A stretch of 64,000 nt of DNA, taken from sequence record ON210139.1. The stretch is one strand, 5' to 3'. The stretch is from Escherichia phage EC128. The translations under genes were made by a program, and so were the position numbers. The notes under the pieces were generated by a model, which had not been told where the DNA came from, did no database searches, and saw nothing but the letters and a program-made list of their open reading frames with translations. This document shows, in pieces, positions 19,255 through 29,682 of this stretch; the first letter of the stretch is position 1; every line of letters begins with the position of its first letter.

Positions 19255-20348
19255 TAAAAAGTCCCCGCATATAAAGAAGCACGGTTTAACGTGATAATTT
19301 CTCTCATAGTAATCTCAAGAGTAAATGTACTAGGGAGGTTTGGAGCAATAGCTAATCCGTTAAAGTTACCATTAGGTGTTTTATCAAATCTGATGCTTTG
19401 TATTTGGCATGGGCCAAATATTTCCGTTTTTCCATCAAACTTAGATGTTGCACCAAAGTTTTTCACCATCCAAATTGTCGGGTTTGAAACTACTAGAACG
19501 TTAGTTAAACTCGATGTCATTTTCTCAAATAGTGTTTTATTTTTAGCTGCGTCTTCCGGAGATAAAGGTTCAATTAACGTAGAACGATACCAATCATCTA
19601 AATACCCCTTTATTTCAGCAGCATATTGAGATTTACCAGTTTCACCATAAGAAAAATAGTTAAAATATTGATAGATATTAATAATAGCCATTAAATCTTC
19701 TGTTGAACGTGGAGTCAAATCCCAAGTAAACACTTTAGTTCTATTTTCAGCACCACCATACATACTTCGAGCCGTAGTGTATATTTGTTCATTATTATCA
19801 GCCATTATACCTTGTGTTATACTTTCCAGTGCTCCAAATACTGCAGTTGAAGCAATATTACTTAGCACACCAGTAGCAGTACCTCCGCCTCTGCTGATAA
19901 GACTTTCTTGAACATCATTAAATCTATGTGATGATGTATCAACATCGGATTTAGATCTTGGTAAAAGAATATTTGCAACAGGGGCTTTACTTATTGTTCC
20001 TGAATTATTATCTGATATTAATCCATTTGACAGTTTTGATACTGTATTACTGATAGTGTTTCTGGCTGTACGTAAAATACTCGAAGATGAAGAAGAGTAG
20101 TTAGATCTCATCGATCTAAGACTTCCAGAATCCCTAGATGACATATTGTATGCAGTAAATAATAATCCATTCTTATATAGATCTGTTACCTGGAAGTCCC
20201 CTGTAGTGTCATTACCACTAGCACGCCCAGTTGGAAACTGGGCAGTGTATGTTTTAGTTACTACTTCTGATTTAGTGCTCTGTCCGGCTGAAATTTTCTC
20301 ACCGGACTTTTTAATTAAATCAGTAGTTATTTCTTTAACAATTGCCAT
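19254..20348 (-). CDS. 48: baseplate tail-tube cap gp48, 364 aa
   Basis: Length and position as T4 gp48; stop overlaps gene 54 start. Confidence 0.88.
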   Translation of the reverse strand: MAIVKEITTDLIKKSGEKISAGQSTKSEVVTKTYTAQFPTGRASGNDTTGDFQVTDLYKNGLLFTAYNMSSRDSGSLRSMRSNYSSSSSSILRTARNTISNTVSKLSNGLISDNNSGTISKAPVANILLPRSKSDVDTSSHRFNDVQESLISRGGGTATGVLSNIASTAVFGALESITQGIMADNNEQIYTTARSMYGGAENRTKVFTWDLTPRSTEDLMAIINIYQYFNYFSYGETGKSQYAAEIKGYLDDWYRSTLIEPLSPEDAAKNKTLFEKMTSSLTNVLVVSNPTIWMVKNFGATSKFDGKTEIFGPCQIQSIRFDKTPNGNFNGLAIAPNLPSTFTLEITMREIITLNRASLYAGTF

Positions 20349-20356
20349 ATTATTCC

Positions 20357-22129
20357 TTAATTAACTCCAGTCGCATCAAATACACCAGGAGCAGTTGTGC
20401 TTGTGACAGGTGTCATATTATGAACGACAGTATTTTTCTTAATAACATTATTAGTATTATTGATTGAAGGAGATGCTTGTTGAACAGGAGCTTGCTGTGC
20501 TTTGTTCTTTTCTATTACCTGGACTTGTTTTGCTTCTGGCGATTTAGCAGAAGTTTCAGGTTTGGCATTAGGCTGATTTTTCTTGAGCTCTTGATAAGTA
20601 GCATCAATTTTAGAAAATCTAGCAGCAAGTTCTTTTTTAACTGCCGGTGAATTATTTAAATCCGGGTCATCCATCCGTTTTTTAAGGTCTTCATAGGCAG
20701 ATTCAACAGATTTAACCGTTGAGTCTTTACTCATATCAGCTGAATCAGCATATTTTTCAAAGCGAATCATTGCGGCACGGGCTTCATTAGCCTTCATTAA
20801 AGCATTTTTTCTTTCTTCAGGTGAAAGTTGCTTTAATTTTTCTTCTTCTGCTGCGCGTTCTTCGTCGGTAGTTAGTGCTTCTTTATTATCAACCCCACGA
20901 ATCCAATTAGATGCACGAGTTTTCCAATTAGCAATTTTATCTAATCCTTTTGCTATCGGACCAAGGTCTCCGTTCATTCGTTTATCTTGATAATTTGCAA
21001 CTTTTTCTTGGTCTTCTTTATTGAGAGATGCTCCAGTAGAATTTTGGAAATTTTCCAATGCTCTTCCTTCTACTTCATCAGCAGTATCCTTCATACCAGG
21101 AATGACTCGAAGAATTGCTGCAGATAATTTAGCCATACCTAATTGAATAAGCTCTCCTAAATTAAAAAGAACACTTCCAAGTCCTTCTATGATAGCTGTT
21201 GTCAATCCACCCCAATCTCCCGCTTCCCAAAGTTGTTTAATTTTATCAATAGAATCAAAGATGCTCTGTAATAAAGGACCCCATGTTCCGGTTTCGCTAG
21301 AGAATTTAGTAAAATCAGTACTATATAAATCCCAGGCTTTTGAAAATTTATCTGACCAGTATTTAAAATGAACCATCAACAGGTCTATTCCAACAACAAC
21401 AGCCAATATCATTGCAGTCATTTTAGCGGCTTCAATAGCAGCACTGACGGTGTACTTAAATAGCATGCTTGATATTTTATCAGTAATTGAAATAGATTTC
21501 TTAAATCCAAAATCAACTGTCTTTGTTAATTTATCTAAAGCTTGAGATAATTTTAAGTTAAATGCTTCTTTTTTCTGTTTTTCTTCTGGTGATTCTTGTT
21601 TGGGTTCAACTGGTTGAGGGGTAGGGAAAAAATCAGCGTCAGGATCATTATTAACTGCTTCGGGAGCTGGTAATAAAGGACCCACAGATTCGGCAGTATC
21701 ATCCTCAACGACTTTAACAGGAATAGCGCTTTCAACCGTGGCTAAACTAGTTCCCGTCTGTTGAATTCCAGCTGTCTGAATTTTTTGCTCTAGTAAACTT
21801 GTTAATTTATCTAATTTGCTTCCGAGTGATTCACCGATTTCTTTATTAATATTGTTGCCAATTTCGACAGTTTCAGCAATTAACTCAGAACCAGCAGTAG
21901 TATCACTCACTGCGCTTTCTACGTTATCAATTGCTCCAATTATTTCATTCGATTTTTCTTCGACAGTTTGAGCTATTAATTCAGAAGCAGCTTGAGCATC
22001 ATCCAATTTCGTAGAAATGTCATTAAGCCCAGATAAAGTATTAGAAGCGGATTTAGCCGCTTCCTGTGTTGGTTTATTATCTGAAATAACTTTTCTACGC
22101 ATCGTTTGCATTTCTTGTGGCTTTTTCAT
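20357..22129 (-). CDS. 29: baseplate hub / tail length determinator gp29, 590 aa
   Basis: Length and position as T4 gp29; coiled-coil-rich sequence. Confidence 0.9.
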   Translation of the reverse strand: MKKPQEMQTMRRKVISDNKPTQEAAKSASNTLSGLNDISTKLDDAQAASELIAQTVEEKSNEIIGAIDNVESAVSDTTAGSELIAETVEIGNNINKEIGESLGSKLDKLTSLLEQKIQTAGIQQTGTSLATVESAIPVKVVEDDTAESVGPLLPAPEAVNNDPDADFFPTPQPVEPKQESPEEKQKKEAFNLKLSQALDKLTKTVDFGFKKSISITDKISSMLFKYTVSAAIEAAKMTAMILAVVVGIDLLMVHFKYWSDKFSKAWDLYSTDFTKFSSETGTWGPLLQSIFDSIDKIKQLWEAGDWGGLTTAIIEGLGSVLFNLGELIQLGMAKLSAAILRVIPGMKDTADEVEGRALENFQNSTGASLNKEDQEKVANYQDKRMNGDLGPIAKGLDKIANWKTRASNWIRGVDNKEALTTDEERAAEEEKLKQLSPEERKNALMKANEARAAMIRFEKYADSADMSKDSTVKSVESAYEDLKKRMDDPDLNNSPAVKKELAARFSKIDATYQELKKNQPNAKPETSAKSPEAKQVQVIEKNKAQQAPVQQASPSINNTNNVIKKNTVVHNMTPVTSTTAPGVFDATGVN

Positions 22130-22659
22130 TCAAATAATCCAATAATATTGCCAATTCCAGTTATTGGACCATTAGGGCCAGGAATTGCTAAAGTTGTAAA
22201 AATATCATTTGCCCATTTTAAAACGAATGCTGGCATCTCAAGAAAATTAATTTCTTTAACTTCATCATTGACCTTAAGCAAGCATTTAGATAACATATCG
22301 CTCACCGTTAAAAATTGTTCAAATTTTCCAGGAGGTCTAAAATAAAATGTATTTCCTTGGTATTGAAACTCTAATCTTTGGCATACATAAACATCATTTA
22401 TGTCATAAGTATAGCCATCTATTTCTTTACGAGATTTAATCTTTCCATTAAATTCCAATAAATGAATAGAAACGAAATCAACTTCTGCCGGTGATAAATT
22501 CGGACAAATAGAATCAATAAGAAGTTTTAAATTTTCATCAGGACCTTTAACATCTTTTAAAATATTATAATGTTTAAGACCCATTTTAGGAATAGAAACT
22601 TCTTTATTGCTTATTGGAAGAACTACTTTCTTCAGTGGTAGTATCAGATTTAAATTCAT
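22126..22659 (-). CDS. 28: baseplate hub distal subunit gp28, 177 aa
   Basis: Length and position as T4 gp28. Confidence 0.88.
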   Translation of the reverse strand: MNLNLILPLKKVVLPISNKEVSIPKMGLKHYNILKDVKGPDENLKLLIDSICPNLSPAEVDFVSIHLLEFNGKIKSRKEIDGYTYDINDVYVCQRLEFQYQGNTFYFRPPGKFEQFLTVSDMLSKCLLKVNDEVKEINFLEMPAFVLKWANDIFTTLAIPGPNGPITGIGNIIGLFE

Positions 22660-23779
22660 TTTTAACCTTAACTGGGTCTATTGTTTCCAGTTTCGTTGCA
22701 TTAGTGAACATATATAGATGAGTTACGGAATTATTATTTGATAATTCGTGGATAACTTCATCAACGTAAAATTCGGTTTTAAATTGATTTTTACTATCAT
22801 TAAAAATAATTTTAACACCAGGAGTCAAGTTAAAATTACCGACAGTAGAACATTTAGCATAGCCATCATATTGCGCCATAGTTTGAAGACGAATAGCTTC
22901 TTCATATCCATTCCTATAAGTCATTTCAGAATAAGCACCTGACCTTGACACTACAATAGAGTTTTCTCCCTTTCCTGTAGTAATCATTGGCAATGAAGAA
23001 TCTAAAAATGAATGAGCATAGATAGTAGCGTTTTTCATTGGGTCGCGTTTATGAGGATTCGATTTAGTCAACCAAACGAAATCATATGCTAATGGATATT
23101 TTAATTCTTGGATGAATTGACCTATTAAAGATGGCTCACCGACAATCATTGGATACGGTTCTTGATTTATCATCATATCATAGTCCATCATGTTAACTCC
23201 CATGATGTCTTGCCACACAAATACAAATTTGTCACTTCCTACAGCTAGAGCAACTTCTCTAACATACGACAAATAGTTTTCAAATGTGCTAGTCCATGGA
23301 ATATCAGGAACATAAGCATTTATAGCATTTATTGCTGGAGTTAATAATGTGCGGTCCTGATAAATGACACCAAGCATTTCTTTTATAGATTCGCCTGCAT
23401 CAGGGAAAAATGGTCTACCAAATTTAAGATTTTCTATAGAATGAATAGTTCCCAATTCAATAGCAATGATGTTATCACCTTTTGAATCTACTGACACGGA
23501 AAAATGCTTACATCCATAAATTCGTGTTTTAACATTATTAATATCGTTTGCATTAGCTACAGAAATCTGAATTATTTCATTTCCATCCATTTTTGTATGG
23601 ATATTTTTAGAATCATAAAACTGCAGCATTCCTTCATTTCGGCCATAAAGAGAATCCCGCATAGTTAATGTGGTAATAGTAGCAGCTAATTCAACAAATC
23701 TATTATTACTCCAAGCGTCGTAGCTATCAAATAATTTAACGCTGAGATTTGGATATCCGGGGCGTTGCAACATACTCAT
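22604..23779 (-). CDS. 27: baseplate hub subunit gp27, 391 aa
   Basis: Length and position as T4 gp27. Confidence 0.9.
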   Translation of the reverse strand: MSMLQRPGYPNLSVKLFDSYDAWSNNRFVELAATITTLTMRDSLYGRNEGMLQFYDSKNIHTKMDGNEIIQISVANANDINNVKTRIYGCKHFSVSVDSKGDNIIAIELGTIHSIENLKFGRPFFPDAGESIKEMLGVIYQDRTLLTPAINAINAYVPDIPWTSTFENYLSYVREVALAVGSDKFVFVWQDIMGVNMMDYDMMINQEPYPMIVGEPSLIGQFIQELKYPLAYDFVWLTKSNPHKRDPMKNATIYAHSFLDSSLPMITTGKGENSIVVSRSGAYSEMTYRNGYEEAIRLQTMAQYDGYAKCSTVGNFNLTPGVKIIFNDSKNQFKTEFYVDEVIHELSNNNSVTHLYMFTNATKLETIDPVKVKNEFKSDTTTEESSSSNKQ

Positions 23780-24528
23780 TATTGTTTATCCTTCTCAATC
23801 AGTTTTAATACGAATCCGCGCTCAGCAGGAATCATTTTCATTATTGAATTTAAGCTATAATTACTTTTTACGAGCGTGTGATTGATTTGATAAAAAGTAA
23901 ATATTTCATCTGGGTTAACTAATAGCTTAAACACATCTACTATATCAGTGTATTTTTTTACATACTTATTACAGCATGACATATGCAATGTTAAATTAAT
24001 AGGATTCATTGCATCGAGAATTTTTTCTAATGTTTCTATCTCGATGGCATCAACAAGTTCTATTTGACTTGATTCGCTAATTTCATTCCAATCATACCAC
24101 ATTTCATCTACTTGAACAGAATGAATATTTTCAGTAATCATCTTTGCTTTATTTTCATAAAACTCAGAAGGAAACTTTAATTTAATTTTAACATTAGCTA
24201 CATCAAAAACAGGTTCCTTTAATTCTTTTTGGTATATTTCAAATGGAACTGTCTTTTCTTTTTTACATTTTGGACATACAAATGTGACCGGTACTTTAGT
24301 TTTACCTATCGACCCTACAAATACCTGCAAAAATATAAATGGTTGCCAAGTCTTCGGATAGTCTCCAAAATAATCAGCAATTAAATCAGCAATTATTTCT
24401 TTTTGTTCTTGTGGTGACCGATGTTCTATATCGTTTCGAACTAACAAAAAATCTCGATAATCTTCTACCGTAAATGGTTTAAAACGATGAACACCATCTG
24501 GTAATTTACAACGAATAATGTTTGCCAT
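23779..24528 (-). CDS. 51: baseplate hub assembly protein gp51, 249 aa
   Basis: Length and position as T4 gp51; SD AAGGAG upstream of ATG. Confidence 0.88.
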   Translation of the reverse strand: MANIIRCKLPDGVHRFKPFTVEDYRDFLLVRNDIEHRSPQEQKEIIADLIADYFGDYPKTWQPFIFLQVFVGSIGKTKVPVTFVCPKCKKEKTVPFEIYQKELKEPVFDVANVKIKLKFPSEFYENKAKMITENIHSVQVDEMWYDWNEISESSQIELVDAIEIETLEKILDAMNPINLTLHMSCCNKYVKKYTDIVDVFKLLVNPDEIFTFYQINHTLVKSNYSLNSIMKMIPAERGFVLKLIEKDKQ

Positions 24529-24545
24529 AGATGCTCCTTTTATTC

Positions 24546-24557
24546 TATTTATAAATA
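24546..24557. promoter_or_regulatory. divergent late promoters for gene 51 (minus) and gene 26 (plus)
   Basis: TATAAATA on plus strand at 24550-24557 and on minus strand at 24546-24553, in the 51/26 intergenic region. Confidence 0.6.
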
Positions 24558-24578
24558 TGATAAATAAAGGAGCTAAAT

Positions 24579-25205
24579 ATGTATGAATACAAATTTGATG
24601 TGAGAGTTGGTTCTAAAATAATCAATTGTCGCGCATTCACGCTTAAAGAATATCTAGAACTTATTACTGCCAAAAATAATGGTTCTGTAGAAGTAATTGT
24701 TAAAAAGCTAATCAAAGACTGCACAAATGCAAAAGATTTAAATCGCCAAGAATCAGAACTATTGTTGATTCATTTATGGGCGCATTCTCTTGGAGAAGTT
24801 AATCACGAAAACTCCTGGAAGTGCACCTGCGGAACTGAAATACCAACCCATATAAATCTATTACATACACAAATAGATGCACCAGAAGACCTCTGGTATA
24901 CACTGGGTGACATTAAAATTAAATTCCGATACCCTAAAATTTTTGATGATAAAAATATAGCCCATATGATAGTATCATGCATAGAAACGATTCATGCTAA
25001 CGGGGAAAGCATTCCAGTTGAAGACTTAAATGAAAAGGAACTAGAAGATTTATATTCTATCATCACAGAGTCAGATATTGTAGCTATAAAAGATATGCTT
25101 TTAAAACCTACCGTTTATTTGGCTGTTCCAATTAAGTGTCCAGAGTGTGGAAAAACCCATGCTCACGTAATAAGAGGCCTCAAAGAGTTCTTTGAGTTAC
25201 TATAA
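24579..25205 (+). CDS. 26: baseplate hub subunit gp26, 208 aa
   Basis: Length and position as T4 gp26. Confidence 0.88.
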   Translation: MYEYKFDVRVGSKIINCRAFTLKEYLELITAKNNGSVEVIVKKLIKDCTNAKDLNRQESELLLIHLWAHSLGEVNHENSWKCTCGTEIPTHINLLHTQIDAPEDLWYTLGDIKIKFRYPKIFDDKNIAHMIVSCIETIHANGESIPVEDLNEKELEDLYSIITESDIVAIKDMLLKPTVYLAVPIKCPECGKTHAHVIRGLKEFFELL

Positions 25206-25603
25206 TGGCAAATATTAATAAGCTTTATTCTGATATTGACCCGGAAATGAAAATGGATTGGAACAAAGATGTTTCCAGATCACTTGGATTAAGGTCAATT
25301 AAAAACAGTCTTTTGGGAATTATTACAACAAGAAAAGGTTCAAGACCGTTTGACCCTGAATTTGGATGTGATTTATCAGACCAGCTTTTTGAAAATATGA
25401 CTCCTCTTACTGCTGACACAGTTGAGCGCAATATTGAAAGCGCAGTAAGAAACTATGAGTCACGTATTGATAAATTATCAGTTAATGTGATACCAGTTTA
25501 TGATGATTATACTCTGATAGTAGAAATACGCTTTTCGGTCATCGATAACCCTGATGATATTGAGCAGATAAAACTGCAACTGGCTTCGAGTAATAGGGTA
25601 TAA
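25205..25603 (+). CDS. 25: baseplate wedge subunit gp25, 132 aa
   Basis: Length and position as T4 gp25. Confidence 0.9.
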   Translation: MANINKLYSDIDPEMKMDWNKDVSRSLGLRSIKNSLLGIITTRKGSRPFDPEFGCDLSDQLFENMTPLTADTVERNIESAVRNYESRIDKLSVNVIPVYDDYTLIVEIRFSVIDNPDDIEQIKLQLASSNRV

Positions 25604-25629
25604 TGCTTCACGTTAAAACGTGGTATAAT
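25602..25629 (+). promoter_or_regulatory. middle (MotA-dependent) promoter upstream of uvsY
   Basis: MotA box AATGCTTCA 25602-25610, 13-nt gap, TATAAT 25624-25629. Confidence 0.6.
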
Positions 25630-25669
25630 GAATCTAAGTCCATCCAATAACAATTGAATAGAGAACAAT

Positions 25670-26083
25670 ATGAGATTAGAAGATCTTCAAGAAGAATTGA
25701 AGAAAGATGTGTTTATAGATTCGACTAAATTACAGTATGAAGCAGCTAATAATGTGATGTTATATAGTAAATGGCTCAATAAGCATTCAAGTATTAAAAA
25801 GGAAATGCTTAGAATTGATGCACAGAAAAAAGTTGCTCTTAAAGCTAAATTAGACTATTACTCGGGACGAGGAGATGGTGATGAATTTAGTATGGATCGT
25901 TACGAGAAATCAGAAATGAAAACAGTTCTATCAGCTGATAAGGATGTTTTAAAGGTTGATACTTCATTGCAATATTGGGGAATTTTATTGGATTTCTGTA
26001 GCGGAGCTCTTGATGCTATTAAATCACGCGGATTTGCTATTAAGCATATTCAAGACATGCGAGCATTTGAGGCTGGAAAATAA
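25670..26083 (+). CDS. uvsY: recombination mediator UvsY, 137 aa
   Basis: MRLEDLQEELKKDVFIDSTKLQYEAANNV.. matches T4 UvsY. Confidence 0.95.
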   Translation: MRLEDLQEELKKDVFIDSTKLQYEAANNVMLYSKWLNKHSSIKKEMLRIDAQKKVALKAKLDYYSGRGDGDEFSMDRYEKSEMKTVLSADKDVLKVDTSLQYWGILLDFCSGALDAIKSRGFAIKHIQDMRAFEAGK

Positions 26084-26307
26084 TGAGATATAGCATTGAT
26101 GATGCTTTTAATTATGAAGAAGAATTTGAAACGGAAATTCAATTCTTAATGAAAAAGCATAATCTTAAGCGTCAGGATATTCGTATCCTGGCCGACCACC
26201 CGTGTGGTGAAGATGTCCTTTATATTAAAGGAAAATTTGCCGGATATCTTGATGAATATTTTTATTCTAAAGATATGGGCATTGATATGCATATGAGAGT
26301 TGTATAA
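26083..26307 (+). CDS. hypothetical protein, 74 aa
   Basis: TAATG overlap with uvsY stop. Confidence 0.6.
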   Translation: MRYSIDDAFNYEEEFETEIQFLMKKHNLKRQDIRILADHPCGEDVLYIKGKFAGYLDEYFYSKDMGIDMHMRVV

Positions 26308-26310
26308 ATA
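26303..26310 (+). promoter_or_regulatory. candidate late promoter TATAAATA
   Basis: Exact TATAAATA 26 nt upstream of the small ORF at 26336. Confidence 0.45.
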
Positions 26311-26335
26311 GATATATAATTCAGAGGAGACAATC

Positions 26336-26503
26336 ATGTCAGATAAGATTTGTGTTGTCTGTAAAACTCCAATCGATTCTGCATTGGTTGTTGAAACAGA
26401 CAAAGGTCCTGTACATCCTGGGCCTTGCTATAATTACATTAAAGAACTACCAGTTTCAGAAAGTTCGGAAGAACAATTAAATGAAACACAACTTTTGCTA
26501 TAG
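26336..26503 (+). CDS. small Cys-containing protein, 55 aa (not in ORF track)
   Basis: ATG 6 nt after SD GAGGAG; translation MSDKICVVCKTPIDSALVVETDKGPVHPGPCYNY..; ends TAG 26501-26503 before a hairpin. Confidence 0.5.
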   Translation: MSDKICVVCKTPIDSALVVETDKGPVHPGPCYNYIKELPVSESSEEQLNETQLLL

Positions 26504-26527
26504 TGTGACCTTTAGTCTATAGTTTTG

Positions 26528-26556
26528 GCCCTTCCTTTTTGGTTGGGCCTTTTTTA
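26528..26556 (+). terminator. candidate terminator after the uvsY transcription unit
   Basis: Stem GGCCC/GGGCC with 13-nt loop followed by TTTTTT. Confidence 0.4.
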
Positions 26557-26558
26557 AT

Positions 26559-26789
26559 TTAAAAGCTTTCTTCTACTTCATCGTCTGAATCTTCTAATTC
26601 AGCTCTTTTTCCTGCCAAAGCATCTCTCACAGAGATGTCATCAGTATCTTTTAATTCAGTTTCTTTGACTCTTTTCTTATAATAAGCTTCAAGTTCTTCT
26701 AAACCTTCTAATGTTTGACAAGAGGCAATTTTACCCATAAATTCATCAATAGAAGCTTCATAAAGAAATTGTTTAAATCCTAGTAACAT
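26559..26789 (-). CDS. uvsW.1: UvsW.1, small protein encoded after uvsW, 76 aa
   Basis: MLLGFKQFLYEASIDEFMGKIASCQTLEGLEELEAYYKK.. with acidic C-terminus; ATG at 26789 chosen over track TTG start. Confidence 0.8.
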   Translation of the reverse strand: MLLGFKQFLYEASIDEFMGKIASCQTLEGLEELEAYYKKRVKETELKDTDDISVRDALAGKRAELEDSDDEVEESF

Positions 26790-26814
26790 CTTTTTCTCCA
26801 AAGGGCCGAAGCCC

Positions 26815-28323
26815 TTATAAATTAACTGTTTTCATTACGTAATTAAATTTTTCATCTGCGTAGCGCTGAATACGATCAATGCCGTGTTTTAAAAGATAGT
26901 TCAAATGAACATATTTCTTTTTCGTATTAGCAGATTTTGGCTTAACGCCCGCGTCATCTATAAGATCCCAGACTGTTGCTATTGTCTTAGAACCATGCTT
27001 ACGTAATACACGACCGATTGTTTGTAATACAATGATTTTTGATTTAACACCGTGCGCTAAAACAACGTGATGTAGATTTTTAACTGAAATACCAGTAGAA
27101 AATACACCATAACTAGCTACTATAATTATTCCTTTACCATTTTCAGCTAAGGTTTTCATTATATTGCGGGTTTCGGTATCAACTTCCCCTGATACGTAAT
27201 AAACTTTATCGTATTCATTTTTAATTAAATCGAAAATAGCTTTACCATGCGATACATGTTTAAACATGACAAAAGCGTTTTCATCTTTTTGTGCAAGCTT
27301 AATAGCTAATTTAGCGATCCATTTATTTCTTTTACTGAGCCCAGTAATAATTTTTATTTCTTCTTGGTAAGTTTTTCCCTTTAATTTAGTAGTGAACTCA
27401 TCGGGATAGCGAAGAAAAATACTATTAATTTTTAACTCAGTTACTTGTCCATCTTCCATTAATTTAGAGGTCGTTACTGGCTTAAATATTTCACCAAACA
27501 TTCCAACATACTGCATGATATTGGCTTTGCCATCACGTAATGAACCAGATAGACCAAATTTAAACATACAGTTATTTAAACCTGATATGATAGATGAAAT
27601 ACTTTTTCCTGTAGCAAGATGGCATTCATCATTCATCATCATTCCAAACTGTGAGAACCATTCTTTTGGTTGTTTAACTACAGTTTGCCATGTACCAACA
27701 ACGACTGGTGCATCATTTTTATATTTATCATCTTTTGATGCTCCGCCACCAATTTTCTTTATCATTGCATGGCTGAATAAACGATAGTCGACGAAGTCAT
27801 CAGCCATCTGAGTTGTCAGAGCAGTTGTTGGAACAATGATAAGAATTTTACCTTCATAATTTTCCAAATAATACCGCGCAAGCAAAGCTTGAATTAAAGA
27901 TTTACCTGCAGATGTTGGAAGATTAAGAATTCTACGACGATTAACTAATCCTTCGAACACTGCATCTTTTTGATACCAATGCGGTTCAATTCTTTTATTT
28001 CCTGAATAGATTTCTAATTTAGAAAGCCATTCATCAAAATCTTTTCTTGATAATTCTTCTTTTTCGTTAATCTGTGGGTCAATCCAGGCTTTATAGCCAA
28101 AGTTATCGCAGAACTTTTTAATTTGCCCGACTAAGCCGAATGGAAGAAGACGATTATAATCTAAAAGACGGATTCGTCCATCCCAGTTGCCATATCTGAA
28201 GCGAGGATTAAACCTATATCCATCGGCCTCAAACGAAAAGAAATCTCTTAATTCGTGGAACGTGCTCTCTTCACAATCGATGCGTACATGGCTGAAGTCG
28301 TGAAAATGTACTTTAATATCCAT
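26815..28323 (-). CDS. uvsW: UvsW DNA/RNA helicase, 502 aa
   Basis: SF2 helicase motifs LPTSAGKS (Walker A) and DECH box; matches T4 UvsW. Confidence 0.95.
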   Translation of the reverse strand: MDIKVHFHDFSHVRIDCEESTFHELRDFFSFEADGYRFNPRFRYGNWDGRIRLLDYNRLLPFGLVGQIKKFCDNFGYKAWIDPQINEKEELSRKDFDEWLSKLEIYSGNKRIEPHWYQKDAVFEGLVNRRRILNLPTSAGKSLIQALLARYYLENYEGKILIIVPTTALTTQMADDFVDYRLFSHAMIKKIGGGASKDDKYKNDAPVVVGTWQTVVKQPKEWFSQFGMMMNDECHLATGKSISSIISGLNNCMFKFGLSGSLRDGKANIMQYVGMFGEIFKPVTTSKLMEDGQVTELKINSIFLRYPDEFTTKLKGKTYQEEIKIITGLSKRNKWIAKLAIKLAQKDENAFVMFKHVSHGKAIFDLIKNEYDKVYYVSGEVDTETRNIMKTLAENGKGIIIVASYGVFSTGISVKNLHHVVLAHGVKSKIIVLQTIGRVLRKHGSKTIATVWDLIDDAGVKPKSANTKKKYVHLNYLLKHGIDRIQRYADEKFNYVMKTVNL

Positions 28324-28325
28324 AA

Positions 28326-28943
28326 TTATGCCTTACTAAATTTGCCTTTAGAATCTCTTTTCATGAGACGACCTTTAATAAATCCGTCGGGAATAATACC
28401 GTCTGGTTGTATTAATTTATTTATTGCACCGTTATTGACCCAAAAAGTTCCTGTGGTAGTCGGTTTGACTTTACATCCTTTTCTGGACTTTCTATTAGGA
28501 TGAACCATTCCTTTTACAAATCCTTCTGGAACAAGTTCTCCAGGTTTAATAAAAATATTTTTAGTTCCATTGGTGTAACAAGTTGTACCTAATACCGTGC
28601 CCGGTGAGTTTTCAAATCTCTTAGCGGAAGATTCTTTCATCTTTGCTATAACCTCTGTAGTCATAACAATTCCACCAATTCCACCAGGTTTCATATTATA
28701 ATAATTTTTGCTTTTTATTATTTCAGGAGTTATAATTTCTTCTTCATACATGTACGCTTCTTCGGAAGTTTTAAACTCTTTTAGTATTGTTCTAGAGAAA
28801 TTGTTTTCACCATATTTCTTTATAGCCTGCTGAATTGCCTTACCGGAACCAAGGTAACCATCATTCAAGTCATCAGTAGAGTGTTTTCCTATATACTTTT
28901 TACCGTTTATTAGATTTGTTGTTTCATATACAAAGTGGTACAT
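28326..28943 (-). CDS. segE: free-standing GIY-YIG homing endonuclease (SegE-like), 205 aa
   Basis: N-terminal GIY-YIG module YHFVYETTNLINGKKYIGKH; lies between uvsW and inh, where I recall T4 segE. Confidence 0.75.
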   Translation of the reverse strand: MYHFVYETTNLINGKKYIGKHSTDDLNDGYLGSGKAIQQAIKKYGENNFSRTILKEFKTSEEAYMYEEEIITPEIIKSKNYYNMKPGGIGGIVMTTEVIAKMKESSAKRFENSPGTVLGTTCYTNGTKNIFIKPGELVPEGFVKGMVHPNRKSRKGCKVKPTTTGTFWVNNGAINKLIQPDGIIPDGFIKGRLMKRDSKGKFSKA

Positions 28944-28971
28944 ACTATTTTCCGAGTAATAAATATATCTA

Positions 28972-28979
28972 TATTTATA
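28972..28979 (-). promoter_or_regulatory. candidate late promoter for the GIY-YIG endonuclease gene
   Basis: Plus-strand TATTTATA, i.e. TATAAATA on minus strand, about 29 nt upstream of the endonuclease ATG. Confidence 0.5.
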
Positions 28980-28992
28980 CTGAGGAAATATT

Positions 28993-29673
28993 ATGATAGA
29001 TAAAGATTATATTGCAGAGCTGAAGGCTCTTGATGATAACAAAGAAGCTAAAGCTAAATTAGCTGAATATGCTGAACAGTTTGGTATAAAGGTCAAAAAG
29101 AATAAATCTTTTGATAATATCGTTGTTGATATTGAAGAAGCCCTCCAGAAGCTCGCTAGTGAACCTATGCCAGAGACTGATGGGTTATCTATTAAAGACC
29201 TAATTGATGCTGCTGATGCCGCAGAGGGATTAAAATATGACGATGAAGAAGTCAATCCAGAAGCAGCACTTCTGATTGATTCTCCGGTTAAATCTGACAT
29301 TAAAATTGAAGTAGTAGAAACGGATAAAATTCCTGAAAATACCTCAGTTTTGATTGAAGATACTCCTTTTGTTGAAGAAAAATTCGAACAGGCTGTAGCT
29401 GAGATTGTTGAATCTGAAAAGCCGTCTGTATTTACTCTTCCGGAAAACTTTAGTCCGAATCTTCAGCTGATTGGAAAAAATCCAGGATTCTGTACTGTTC
29501 CTTGGTGGATTTATCAATGGATTGCTGAAACTCCGGATTGGAAATCTCACCCAACTAGTTTTGAACATGCGTCAGCACACCAAACTTTATTTAGCTTAAT
29601 TTATTACATTAACCGTGACGGATCAGTTTTAATTCGTGAAACACGCAATTCTTCTTTCGTAACATTAAAATAA
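28993..29673 (+). CDS. inh: Inh, inhibitor of prohead protease, 226 aa
   Basis: Length and position (adjacent to hoc) as in T4; SD GAGGA. Confidence 0.8.
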   Translation: MIDKDYIAELKALDDNKEAKAKLAEYAEQFGIKVKKNKSFDNIVVDIEEALQKLASEPMPETDGLSIKDLIDAADAAEGLKYDDEEVNPEAALLIDSPVKSDIKIEVVETDKIPENTSVLIEDTPFVEEKFEQAVAEIVESEKPSVFTLPENFSPNLQLIGKNPGFCTVPWWIYQWIAETPDWKSHPTSFEHASAHQTLFSLIYYINRDGSVLIRETRNSSFVTLK

Positions 29674-29682
29674 GGATAACTT

